NCBI GenBank assembly: GCA_963677925.2 | Contig: CAXXYH010000004.1 | Coordinates: 64,001 to 128,000 of the forward strand | Direction: 5' to 3' | DNA: 64,000 nt | DNA from: Spirochaetia bacterium | GTDB taxonomy: Bacteria > Spirochaetota > Spirochaetia > UBA9216 | Part shown: positions 47,430-57,127 of the stretch, piece by piece | Numbering within the stretch: the first letter of the stretch is position 1 | Layout: every line of letters begins with the position of its first letter | Notes under the pieces: model-generated | Seen by the model: only the letters and a program-made list of their open reading frames with translations | Databases searched by the model: none | What the model was told of the DNA's origin: nothing | Position numbers and translations under genes: made by a program

Positions 47430-48134
47430 ATGAAATACCGCGTAATTATTGCTGTTTTTACAGTTATACTGTCAGTTTTTCCACTCTTTGCCGCTGAAGA
47501 AGAGGTAACCGTAAGGCTTCACTTTGCTATCACTGAAGCCACAGTTTCTTCTCCTCCGGAAATAATAGACAACCACCTTGTTCTTACCTATAAGGGAAAC
47601 AGGAACTACCGCTTTGTCGGAGCTGCATTCAGACATGAAGATTTCAAGCAGATCCATCCCTTCTATGTGAATACAAACGGAGTCTACATACTCACTTATT
47701 CTCTCCCGAAGGATCTGGAGGAAGTTGAATACAGGCTGGTTGTGGATGGATTGTGGATGACGGATCCGACAAATCCGGTAGTACAGAAGGATTTCGGCGG
47801 TGTTTACTTTTCAAGGTATCAGCTGCCCCAGAAGGAAAAACTTCTTGTCTCACCTGACGTAGCCGGTGAGCAGGTCACCTTCACCTACCGGGGAGCTCCG
47901 GGCCAGATGGTTTATGTATACGGCGATTTCAACAACTGGGACCCCTTTATGTACAGACTTAACGAGATAGGCAGCAACGGGGTTTATTCAACAAGATTGA
48001 GGATTACAAACGGAAAATATAAATATAAGTTCATTGTGGACGGAACAGCCATGGCAGATCCGCTTAACGGTTCAAAAGCCATAGATATATTCGGCGAACT
48101 TGTATCAATGCTCACTGTAGAAGGTCTGTACTGA
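47430..48134 (+). CDS. Exported protein with two glycogen-binding (CBM48/AMPK1_CBM-like) domains
   Basis: Signal peptide; YRLVVDGLWMTDPTNP; VYVYGDFNNWDP; YKYKFIVDG...DPLN. Confidence 0.8.
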   Translation: MKYRVIIAVFTVILSVFPLFAAEEEVTVRLHFAITEATVSSPPEIIDNHLVLTYKGNRNYRFVGAAFRHEDFKQIHPFYVNTNGVYILTYSLPKDLEEVEYRLVVDGLWMTDPTNPVVQKDFGGVYFSRYQLPQKEKLLVSPDVAGEQVTFTYRGAPGQMVYVYGDFNNWDPFMYRLNEIGSNGVYSTRLRITNGKYKYKFIVDGTAMADPLNGSKAIDIFGELVSMLTVEGLY

Positions 48135-49062
48135 AAATAATCAAATCATAGCTGTCTGCAGTTTCAGCCTTTGAATCATAGCGGACCTGGTCATTATCCG
48201 CCTCAATAACAGAAGACCGCCCTTCCCACAGAAGGTCGAGATATGAACCGACTGCACATACCGTCATTCCGTAATCGACGTTAGATTCCGCAATTCTTGC
48301 AGGCAGCGCTCTCATAAAACTGCGCTGCTGCTCCCTGTCAAAGATTTCACCGTTCGCTTTAATATCTATCCATAAGAAAGCATCCTGAAATCTCTCCTCC
48401 CAGTCAGGGAAATATGTATCACGGCAGATTGATACGCCAATACTGTAACCGCTGACATGGAACAGTTCGGCTTCACTTATTTTTCCGGGCTCAAGACCTA
48501 CAATCTCGGTCTCAAATTCAGTCAAAAAAACCTTATCCTGTGTATACTCCAGGCCGCCCGCCGGATTGAATACATAAGTCCGGTTCCGGACAGAGCCGTC
48601 TTCTTCATCGGGCACAAAGAAACTTCCAGCCAGAATGTAAACACCATATTCAGATGAAAGCTCAGCCCATCTTGATAGCGCGCTAGCCAGGATTTCCTCT
48701 GTATTCTGAAAAACATCAGTCAGGTTATCAACATCATTGTCAGACTGAACTATAGAACCAAGCGCAGAGGCAAAGCTGTCATATGCTTTTACTTTGCTGT
48801 AATACGGAATCAGCTGTACAAAAACACCAGTATATTCGGGAAATATTATCAAATCAGGATCACAGCTGCTCAGAACTTCATCAAGAATCTCCTCGACTCC
48901 TGTAAAGAAACCGTTAAGACTCTTATAATTGTTAATATCTATTTCATACTGGATACCGGCAACCGTTAATCCGTTTTCAGTTGAATTCTGCCCGAAACAG
49001 GGAAGCAGGACAGCCGATAAAAGAAGCACAGATGCAGTAACTTTTCTGTAAAAACAAAACAT
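48112..49062 (-). CDS. Carbon-nitrogen hydrolase (nitrilase superfamily) with an apparent signal peptide
   Basis: Glu-Lys-Cys triad: IFPEY, QDKVFLT, SICRDTYF. Confidence 0.8.
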   Translation of the reverse strand: MFCFYRKVTASVLLLSAVLLPCFGQNSTENGLTVAGIQYEIDINNYKSLNGFFTGVEEILDEVLSSCDPDLIIFPEYTGVFVQLIPYYSKVKAYDSFASALGSIVQSDNDVDNLTDVFQNTEEILASALSRWAELSSEYGVYILAGSFFVPDEEDGSVRNRTYVFNPAGGLEYTQDKVFLTEFETEIVGLEPGKISEAELFHVSGYSIGVSICRDTYFPDWEERFQDAFLWIDIKANGEIFDREQQRSFMRALPARIAESNVDYGMTVCAVGSYLDLLWEGRSSVIEADNDQVRYDSKAETADSYDLIIFSTDLLQ

Positions 49063-49175
49063 CGGGCCGATTGTAGCATCAAATAAATATTATTTAAACC
49101 GTTATTGCCTGCCTAAAATATTCAGGTTATGATTGATGCACATTAGAAACTCTTAAATTTAAGAAGGAACCAGCT

Positions 49176-49769
49176 ATGCCGACTCTGAACCTTGTATTAC
49201 GACGTAAATCAGATGATATTATGATATTTTCTCCTGCACCATGGTTCAGAATACTTTTTCTTGTTTTGACGGCAGCAATAGCCGTAGGCTTATATGCAGT
49301 CTACGGAGATCTGAAAGCATCTGGCGAACCGATGACCGGCTTAATTGTTCCTACTCTAATCGGGATCTTCTGTCTGGCAGGGATGCTTTATGAAGAAATA
49401 TGGATATTCGACCGAAAGCAGAGAATAATATATCACCGCTTTGGACTTAAAATACTTTCTAAAAAATCTGCATACAGTTTTGATGATTCAGAATCTCTGG
49501 AGCTTGTTATATTTCTTAGGGGTGCGGAATCAGATGGTAGTGCAGATCACGAGATAACAATAGGAAAACGTTTCGGAAAAACCACCGACGGCATGAATGG
49601 AATAAAGAATAAAATCATCCACCCGAAATACCATCAGGAACTTCTGTTAAATATCAGCGATGACAGAGCAGTGAAAATAGAAACAATTGACAGCCGTAAT
49701 ACTGAAAGCCTGGAGAAAAAGGCCGGAATACTTTCAGACTTCACCGGCCTTCCGCTCGTGAAAGAATAA
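49176..49769 (+). CDS. Hypothetical membrane protein (2 TM + soluble C-terminal domain)
   Basis: 197-aa ORF, AAGG SD, two hydrophobic helices. Confidence 0.7.
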   Translation: MPTLNLVLRRKSDDIMIFSPAPWFRILFLVLTAAIAVGLYAVYGDLKASGEPMTGLIVPTLIGIFCLAGMLYEEIWIFDRKQRIIYHRFGLKILSKKSAYSFDDSESLELVIFLRGAESDGSADHEITIGKRFGKTTDGMNGIKNKIIHPKYHQELLLNISDDRAVKIETIDSRNTESLEKKAGILSDFTGLPLVKE

Positions 49770-49798
49770 AAAAAGCCGTCCAGGGTTTCCGGACGGCT
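49768..49798 (-). terminator. Terminator after the opp ATPase genes
   Basis: AGCCGTCC / GGACGGCT stem with an A-run on the left. Confidence 0.8.
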
Positions 49799-49820
49799 AT
49801 ATAATCAATTAAAATTTGTA

Positions 49821-50816
49821 CTACTCGTATAAAAAACAGGCTACCTGATGCTTCTCTCCCTGCTCCTTAAGCTGGGGAATGCTGTTCTTGCACCTATCCA
49901 TTTTCTTGGGACAGCGGTCATAGAAATAACATCCTGTGCGTTCACGATCCGGAGAAGGAACATCTCCCGAAAGAATAATTCTCTTCCGGTTGCGCTCAAC
50001 ATCAGGATCAGGAATCGGGACTGCAGAAAGAAGGGCTTCCGTATACGGATGAAGCGGTCTTTTATACAGTTCGTCCGCCTTTGATATTTCAACTATCTTT
50101 CCAAGGTACATTACAGCGACCCTGGTACTGATATGCTGGATAACCGCAAGGTCATGTGCAATAAACAGGAAGGTAAGATCGAACTCCTTCTGAAGGTCAT
50201 CAAGAAGATTAAGAATCTGGGACTGGATTGAAACGTCAAGCGCAGAAACCGGTTCATCAGCAAGAATCAGTTTGGGGTTCAGAGCAAGAGCACGGGCTAC
50301 GCCGATTCGCTGTCTCTGCCCTCCTGAAAACTCATGGGGATATCGGTTTTTAAAGAACCTTGACAGGCCAACCTTTTCCATAAGGTCTTCAACCCTGGCG
50401 TTAATCTGCTGCTGGGACATCTTCAGCATTCCCCGGTTTTTGTAGATAACCATCGGCTCTGCAATGATATTTCCTGCCGTCATCCTGGGGTTCAGCGAAG
50501 CGTAGGGATCCTGGAAAACCATCTGAATACCCTTTCTTGCCTGAAGCAGATCATGCTCCTTTGCATTGCACAGATCCACCCCTTCATAGATAACCTCACC
50601 TGAGGTCGGTTTATGAAGCTGGGCTATACATCTTGCTGTTGTGGATTTTCCGCAACCTGACTCGCCTACGAGTCCGAGGGTTTCACCCTTTTCTATCTCA
50701 AAGTCTATGCCGTCAATTGCACGAATGGCGCCGACTTTCTTTTTAAGTATTACCCCTTCTTCAATGGGGAAATGCATTTTCAGGTTCTTAACCTGAAGAA
50801 GTGTATTATCTGCCAT
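49821..50816 (-). CDS. oppF: Oligopeptide ABC transporter ATP-binding protein
   Basis: GESGCGKST, FQDPYASLNP, YPHEFSGGQRQR, DEPVSALDVS, HPYTEALLSAVP. Confidence 0.93.
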   Translation of the reverse strand: MADNTLLQVKNLKMHFPIEEGVILKKKVGAIRAIDGIDFEIEKGETLGLVGESGCGKSTTARCIAQLHKPTSGEVIYEGVDLCNAKEHDLLQARKGIQMVFQDPYASLNPRMTAGNIIAEPMVIYKNRGMLKMSQQQINARVEDLMEKVGLSRFFKNRYPHEFSGGQRQRIGVARALALNPKLILADEPVSALDVSIQSQILNLLDDLQKEFDLTFLFIAHDLAVIQHISTRVAVMYLGKIVEISKADELYKRPLHPYTEALLSAVPIPDPDVERNRKRIILSGDVPSPDRERTGCYFYDRCPKKMDRCKNSIPQLKEQGEKHQVACFLYE

Positions 50817-51796
50817 TATTTTTCCTCCTCATAAAGCCAGCATCTGACCTGACGGCCTTCACCGAATTCTATTCTTGGAGGATATGTATTCCGGCATTTA
50901 TCCATAGCCTTTTCGCAGCGGGGATGGAAGGGGCAGCATTCCGGTAAATCAATTACGTTAGGCGGCTGACCCTTAATTGAGTAGAGCTTCTCATCAGTCG
51001 GCTTATCAAGCCTGGGAACTGACTTTATCAGGCCCTGAGTATATGGATGCCTGGGTTCCTTGAATATCTCATCGTTGGTACCCTTCTCAACAATACGGCC
51101 GGCGTACATAACGCAGACAGTATCACAGATTCCGGCAACTACACCAAGGTCGTGTGTAATCATGATTACAGCTGTATTCATCTTTGTGCAGAGATCCTGC
51201 ATTACCTCAATAATCTGTGCCTGAATTGTTACATCAAGAGCTGATGTAGGCTCATCGGCAATTAGAATCTCAGGGTCACAGCTGAGCGCCATCGCAATCA
51301 TTACCCTCTGGCGCATACCGCCGGAAAACTGATGCGGGTAATCATTGATTCGCTTTGACGGGTTGGGAATTCCAACCATTTCAAGCATTTCAACTGCACG
51401 CTTTCGTGCAGCGTCTTTATCAAGATCCTGATGCAGCATAATTGTCTCAATCATCTGTGTTGAGATTCTGAGAAAGGGATTAAGGCTTGTCATCGGATCC
51501 TGGAATATCATCGAAATCCTGTTTCCACGAAGCTTCCTGATCTCGGCTTCGTTCATCTTGAAGATGTCCTCACCGTCAAGCAGAGCCTCTCCGCCCATAA
51601 TTTTCCCGGGAGGGGAAGGAATCAGCTTCATAAGCGACAGGTTGGTAACTGATTTACCCGATCCTGACTCACCTACAATTCCAAGCATCTCACCCTTCTT
51701 CAGCTGGAAGGAAACACCGTCAACGGCCTTAACAACGCCGTCATCCGTATTAAAATATGTTCTAAGGTCTTTAACCTCTAATATTACATCACTCAT
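50816..51796 (-). CDS. oppD: Oligopeptide ABC transporter ATP-binding protein
   Basis: [37 protein letters not shown]. Confidence 0.93.
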   Translation of the reverse strand: MSDVILEVKDLRTYFNTDDGVVKAVDGVSFQLKKGEMLGIVGESGSGKSVTNLSLMKLIPSPPGKIMGGEALLDGEDIFKMNEAEIRKLRGNRISMIFQDPMTSLNPFLRISTQMIETIMLHQDLDKDAARKRAVEMLEMVGIPNPSKRINDYPHQFSGGMRQRVMIAMALSCDPEILIADEPTSALDVTIQAQIIEVMQDLCTKMNTAVIMITHDLGVVAGICDTVCVMYAGRIVEKGTNDEIFKEPRHPYTQGLIKSVPRLDKPTDEKLYSIKGQPPNVIDLPECCPFHPRCEKAMDKCRNTYPPRIEFGEGRQVRCWLYEEEK

Positions 51797-51810
51797 TAAA
51801 CGCCCCGTCC

Positions 51811-52899
51811 TTATAGTTTATTCTTACTCTGAGGATCCAGAGCGTCACGCAGTCCGTCTCCGAAGAAGTTCATCGAAAACAGGAAGACTGTCATTGCAAC
51901 AGCGGGGAACCAGAGCATCCATGGATAGTTTGTCATGGCATAAACCCCGTCATGGATAAGAACACCCCAGGAGGCATACGGAGCCTGAACTCCGAGACCA
52001 AGAAATGAAAGAAAAGCTTCAAGCATTATAAAAGCCGGAACCCTCAGCGTTGTATAAACAACAATAACACTCATTGTGTTCGGTATAAGATGCTTGAATA
52101 CGATTCTTGCCGTACTTGCTCCTGCAGCACGGGCGGCTTCTACGAATTCCGAGTTTTTAAGTGATATTATCTGCCCGCGGACAACACGGCAGACAGTCAG
52201 CCAGCTCACCAGAGCGAGGGCCAGAAAAAGGTTGGTAATGCTTTTACCCCATATGGCCATCATGATGATAACGAGCAGCATGTAGGGCAGCGAGTACATG
52301 ATATCAACGAATCGCATCATCAGGGTGTCGAAGGTTCCGCCGATGTAACCCGCAAGAGCTCCTAGAATAACTCCGATAACTGCTGTCGCTATAGCGCCGA
52401 TAAGGCCTATCATTATTGAGACCTGACCGCCGTAGATTATTCTGGCAAGAAGATCACGTCCCAGCTCATCTGTACCAAGGTAGTAAACCCTGTCATGAAC
52501 CTGAACTTCCTCGCCTGTCAGAAGTACCTTTTTCTCGGTTGCAACCCGCTCCTTAAGTTCCTCAATCTGTTCAAGTTCCGACTTATTGAGTTCACGGCCT
52601 TCTTTTTCGGCAAATCTCGAAAGCAGGTCAACCTTCTTTTCTATGATCAGCTCTCCGGCTGTTTTGGTGGAAGGAGGGAGGTACTGATGCTCCAGAACCT
52701 GCTGCTTATATGAATAGATAGGGAGAATTCCGGCTGACAGTGAAATAATCGCGTAAATCACCATGAGGACCAGGCCTATCATTGCCATTTTGTTCTTTCG
52801 AAGCCGTCTCCAGGCATCGAGCCAGAGGCTCACACCCTTTACAGGCTGGTTAAGTTCATTAACCATTTTATTGTCTTCTGTTCTTATTACTTCGCTCAT
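51811..52899 (-). CDS. oppC: Oligopeptide ABC transporter permease
   Basis: LWLDAWRRLRKNK, LGTDELGRD, EFVEAARAAGAS, GDGLRDALDP. Confidence 0.93.
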   Translation of the reverse strand: MSEVIRTEDNKMVNELNQPVKGVSLWLDAWRRLRKNKMAMIGLVLMVIYAIISLSAGILPIYSYKQQVLEHQYLPPSTKTAGELIIEKKVDLLSRFAEKEGRELNKSELEQIEELKERVATEKKVLLTGEEVQVHDRVYYLGTDELGRDLLARIIYGGQVSIMIGLIGAIATAVIGVILGALAGYIGGTFDTLMMRFVDIMYSLPYMLLVIIMMAIWGKSITNLFLALALVSWLTVCRVVRGQIISLKNSEFVEAARAAGASTARIVFKHLIPNTMSVIVVYTTLRVPAFIMLEAFLSFLGLGVQAPYASWGVLIHDGVYAMTNYPWMLWFPAVAMTVFLFSMNFFGDGLRDALDPQSKNKL

Positions 52900-52908
52900 G
52901 ACAACTCC

Positions 52909-53835
52909 CTAACTGTATGAAATTCTAGGATCAAGATATCCGTATAGAATATCTACGAGGAAGTTCATTACGACAAGAATCAGAGCATAGACAATAACTG
53001 TACCCATAATCATTGTGTAATCACGGTTAAATGCGGACTGCACAAAGTGGCGCCCGAGCCCGGGAACACGGAATATCTGTTCAACAACAATTGAACCGGT
53101 GATAATTCCGGAAAAAGCCGGGCCGAGATAACTTACAACAGGCAGTGACGCACCTTTAAGAACATGCTTAAGCATTATATATGAAGTCTTCAGGCCCTTG
53201 GCTCTCGCAGTTCTGACATAATCAGATCTGATGGACTCAAGAAAACTTGCCCTGGACAAACGTGCAATTGTAGCAAAATACTGATAGAACAGTGTAATAA
53301 CAGGAAGGATAAGTGCAACAGCTCCCCATTCATCAAGCCATCCGGCGACAGGAAGCAATCCCAATTTTAATGAAAATATAAACATCAGCACCGGACCGAT
53401 AACGAAGGTAGGCACCGAGATCCCCACAACCGCGAACGACATCCAGGTGTAGTCAACCCAGGTGTTCTGCCGGAGTGCCGAGAACATGCCTGCCGCCATA
53501 CCCAGAATTACAGCAAGAACAATTGAAACCGAGCCAAGAATAAGCGAATGCGGCAGGCCCTGTCCAATGTAATAATTTACATCGTAATCCTTATATTTAT
53601 ATGAGGGACCGAAGTCTCCACTCAGAACGCTTACCAGATAACGTCCGTACTGCTGGATGAGCGGTTCATCCATGTGATACTTTTTTTCGATATTTTTCAT
53701 AATCTGGACAGGGATCTTCTTTTCAGAACTGAAAGGCCCGCCCGGCGCGACTCGGATAAGAAAGAAACAGATCGTGATGATGATCAGCATAGTAGGAATT
53801 AAACCGAGAGCGCGTCTAATAATAAATTTAGACAT
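52909..53835 (-). CDS. oppB: Oligopeptide ABC transporter permease
   Basis: APGGPF, GDFGPSY, DYVRTARAKGL, DILYGYLDPRI. Confidence 0.93.
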   Translation of the reverse strand: MSKFIIRRALGLIPTMLIIITICFFLIRVAPGGPFSSEKKIPVQIMKNIEKKYHMDEPLIQQYGRYLVSVLSGDFGPSYKYKDYDVNYYIGQGLPHSLILGSVSIVLAVILGMAAGMFSALRQNTWVDYTWMSFAVVGISVPTFVIGPVLMFIFSLKLGLLPVAGWLDEWGAVALILPVITLFYQYFATIARLSRASFLESIRSDYVRTARAKGLKTSYIMLKHVLKGASLPVVSYLGPAFSGIITGSIVVEQIFRVPGLGRHFVQSAFNRDYTMIMGTVIVYALILVVMNFLVDILYGYLDPRISYS

Positions 53836-54027
53836 ATTTTCCCCTTGTAAAAAACAGTTTGGTTAATTTTCTGTTTTTAGCTGCTTCATTGGTTATGAAG
53901 TTACTTTTCCGTAAACAAGTGATTATATATATGAATTACCGGAATTTCAAGGTAAAGATCTGCTGTTCATGGAAATACGGATGCTAATGAACTAAATTCA
54001 GATACATATCTTATTCAGGAGAAAAAC

Positions 54028-55287
54028 ATGATAAGAAAAATAGCCACAGGCTTGGCAGTCTCTGTCATTCTTCTTGCTTTGACAGGCTGTCCCGATTTTG
54101 AAATCCCGGAAGATAATGCGGGCATCATAGATCTGCCTTCCTCAATTGCCTCTGACGCATCTTCAAGAGGCCCGGCATCAAAGGCTGCCAGGACTCCCGA
54201 AGGCGACGCTATAAGCGCTCTTTTCTCGCCGATCAGGGATTATATCGGCTTTGCCAATGATCTTGGACAGCAGCTTGAAGGACTGATTGTAGGACTTCCG
54301 GCTATAGCCGAACTGACCGAATATGCCGAGGCCTCTGCCGGAAGCTACAGCGAAAGCGGCGACAACTACGTGAGCGTAAACAGTGTAAGTGTTGATGATT
54401 ACGATTTACGGGTAAATCTCAGCAGCACTGCTGATGACAGCGGTCTTATTCTGCAGCTCTTTCTTGATTCCTCAGTTGAAAACAAGGAAAAGGGCATGGC
54501 GATTTTTATCACCGACATGGACGGAAGCGACGGCGGAGACGCCGGTGACGAGCAGGTTAAGATAATTTACGACGTCACAGCATCTTCAACCGAACCGGCT
54601 ATGGAGCTGATGGTAGGCGGTGCAGTCGGCGGACATACCGAAAACTGGGCTCCTGATGCCCTTTGGCTGAAAGTATGGAAAAACGATACAACACTCAAAG
54701 TCTGCGGAATAAGCTCACACCCGAATGCGGAACTTCAGACAGACGATATGTTTCTTGATTCAGGAGTTACATCCAGGTACTACATGTTTTCCGGAATAAC
54801 CTATACAAACTCAAATGTAGCAGCAGTACAGGTTGCAATCCCTGTCCAGGAAGTAACCGCTGACTTCTACACAACTTACAGCCCCGGGCAGCTGCTTAAA
54901 GACTATCAGCTTTATGAGATTAAAACAAATAATACCGGAGACTGGGCTAATGCGGCAGATTATCTGTACACGGATCCTGGTGAATATACTTCTTATTTCT
55001 CAACAGCACCTGCCGGATTTGATTCAAACTTCACTGAAGACATGATGATGGATACAATAGATGCATATCAGGCATACCTTAATGCCAGCGGTTCAGGCGT
55101 ATCTGCAGACCTGAGTGCTTATGTTTTTATAGCAAACCTTACAAACCCGGTTTATTTCAGCAGCACCGGATATTATGACCACGGTACAACAGTGCCATCA
55201 GGATATCCGTCAATCAGCAACGCACCCGCCGAATCAAACTGGGTTATACCCGATAATATCGATGCGCTTTCCATCACCTTCGAATAG
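54028..55287 (+). CDS. Hypothetical acidic lipoprotein
   Basis: AGGAG SD; lipobox ALTG-C; 419-aa S/T/D/Y-rich ORF. Confidence 0.75.
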   Translation: MIRKIATGLAVSVILLALTGCPDFEIPEDNAGIIDLPSSIASDASSRGPASKAARTPEGDAISALFSPIRDYIGFANDLGQQLEGLIVGLPAIAELTEYAEASAGSYSESGDNYVSVNSVSVDDYDLRVNLSSTADDSGLILQLFLDSSVENKEKGMAIFITDMDGSDGGDAGDEQVKIIYDVTASSTEPAMELMVGGAVGGHTENWAPDALWLKVWKNDTTLKVCGISSHPNAELQTDDMFLDSGVTSRYYMFSGITYTNSNVAAVQVAIPVQEVTADFYTTYSPGQLLKDYQLYEIKTNNTGDWANAADYLYTDPGEYTSYFSTAPAGFDSNFTEDMMMDTIDAYQAYLNASGSGVSADLSAYVFIANLTNPVYFSSTGYYDHGTTVPSGYPSISNAPAESNWVIPDNIDALSITFE

Positions 55288-55326
55288 AAACTTATAAAAC
55301 AAACCAACAGATATTTATGAGGACAC

Positions 55327-55361
55327 AAAAAAGGCAGCTTCCGGTAGGGAGCTGCCTTTTT
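55327..55361. terminator. Bidirectional terminator between the lipoprotein gene and oppA
   Basis: AAAAAAGGCAGCTTCC-GGTA-GGGAGCTGCCTTTTT. Confidence 0.85.
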
Positions 55362-55395
55362 ATTTGACCCGGCGGAAAGATCCGCCGTGATAGTC

Positions 55396-57021
55396 TTATT
55401 TCTTGTAGATAGCCTTCCAGGGATGAATATCCTGTACTGTTTCGTACCATCCGCCCCATACGTCAGTGTCAATCCAGTTAGCTGATGAATAGTAGTAGAA
55501 AGGCATAACAGCCATGTCTTCACCGATTGCAAGTTCTTCAGCTTTTCTGAGTACGTCAAATCTTGCTTTTCCGCCGGGCATTGTTGCTGCTTCTGCGAGA
55601 AGAGCATCAAATTCAGCACTGTTGTACTTACCGTCATTGTTTCCTGAACCTGAGTAAAGGAGGTCAGTGAGGAAGGTATTAGGATCAACATAGTCTCCCT
55701 GCCAACCGGCACGGGCTACGTCGAAGTTCTGATTCTGTCTGTTGTCAAGGAAGGTTGCCCATTCCTGGTTTTCAATCTGTACATTGATTCCAAGAACTTC
55801 AGCCCATTTCTGCTGTACATACTGAGCTATGTTTTTGTGACCTTCACTTGTGTTGTAAATAATTGTTGTTTCAGGGAAACCTGCTCCGCCGGGGAAACCA
55901 GCTTCAGCAAGAAGAGCCTTTGCTTCTTCAACATCTTCTTCAAATCCAACAACTGCAGGGTAAAGACCTGGAAGAGGAGGAGTAAGACCGAAAGCAGGGA
56001 ACTGACCGCCTCTGGTAACCTTGTCAACAAGTTCCTGTCTGTCGATAGCCATTGCAAGAGCTTTTCTTACACGGACATCATCAAAAGGAGCCTTGGTCAT
56101 GTTGAACTCGTAGTAGTAAGTAATAAAAGAAGCGTTTGTTCTGTATCCCTTATCGAGCTTCATTTCATCAAGTCTGTTCGGAGGAGTTTCCTGCAGCCAG
56201 TTAATCTCACCGTTCAGATACATGTTTGTAGCTGTATTCTGATCATCAATCGGGAAGAAAACGATCTGGTCGAGTTTTACATTTCCCTTGTCCCAGTAAG
56301 TTTCACTCTTTTCAACGATAATCTTATCCTGTGGAGTCCAGCTTACGAGGTTGAAAGGACCGTTTGAAACCATATTTTCAGGTCTGGTCCATGCGTCACC
56401 GTATTTTTCAATTGCATGCATAGGAACTACAGCAAATGCGTAATGTGAAAGCATACCAAGTACGTAAGGTGCGGGTCCAGTAAGGTCGAACTGGAATGTA
56501 TAGTCATCAAGAGCTCTGATTGCTACTGCATCAGGTCCGGCTTCACCGGCATTGTATTCTGCAGCACCCTTAATTACCATTGCTGGAAGGTATGCATATA
56601 CAGCTGCTGTTTCAGGTGCCATGAATCTGAGCCAGGAATCAACAAACTGCTGAGCAGTTATCTTTGTTCCGTCTGACCAAACTGCGTTCTTTCTAAGGTG
56701 GAAAGTCCAAGTCAGTGAATCATCAGATACTTCCCAGCTTTCAGCTGTTCCGGGAATAGCATCAAGAGATTCCGGGTCATAGGTTACAAGGCCTTCAAAA
56801 AGCGCCATGTAAAGGTTGTGCTCAGGTACACCTTCGATAACGGCAGGATCCAGTGATTCCGGTTCTGCTCCGTTGTCAAACTTAAATACTACCGGTTCAG
56901 CCATAGGTGCGGGTGCCGCTTCAGTACCGGTAGAAGCTTCCTGCTTACCGCCTGCAAAGGTAAAGGCAGGAACGATCATCAGGATCAGCAGTGCTGCAAC
57001 AATCAGTTTTTTCATTTTCAT
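55396..57021 (-). CDS. oppA: Oligopeptide ABC transporter substrate-binding protein
   Basis: EPESLDP, LFEGLV, WTFHLRKNAVWSDG, VSNGPF, FDDVRVRKALAMAIDR, GWQGDYVDP. Confidence 0.93.
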   Translation of the reverse strand: MKMKKLIVAALLILMIVPAFTFAGGKQEASTGTEAAPAPMAEPVVFKFDNGAEPESLDPAVIEGVPEHNLYMALFEGLVTYDPESLDAIPGTAESWEVSDDSLTWTFHLRKNAVWSDGTKITAQQFVDSWLRFMAPETAAVYAYLPAMVIKGAAEYNAGEAGPDAVAIRALDDYTFQFDLTGPAPYVLGMLSHYAFAVVPMHAIEKYGDAWTRPENMVSNGPFNLVSWTPQDKIIVEKSETYWDKGNVKLDQIVFFPIDDQNTATNMYLNGEINWLQETPPNRLDEMKLDKGYRTNASFITYYYEFNMTKAPFDDVRVRKALAMAIDRQELVDKVTRGGQFPAFGLTPPLPGLYPAVVGFEEDVEEAKALLAEAGFPGGAGFPETTIIYNTSEGHKNIAQYVQQKWAEVLGINVQIENQEWATFLDNRQNQNFDVARAGWQGDYVDPNTFLTDLLYSGSGNNDGKYNSAEFDALLAEAATMPGGKARFDVLRKAEELAIGEDMAVMPFYYYSSANWIDTDVWGGWYETVQDIHPWKAIYKK

Positions 57022-57127
57022 GAAATTCTCCTTTTGAATTTTTGTTTTACGATCTAACAGTTTAATTTATTTTAACTCACTTGCCAAGAATAAATTTTCT
57101 GCGGTTTATAAAGTAATAATTTTGAGG

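Noticed and set aside
55173-55712. 179-aa minus-strand ORF running from inside oppA across the terminator
   Set aside because: Out of frame with oppA, crosses a bidirectional terminator and overlaps the lipoprotein gene; no recognisable features.
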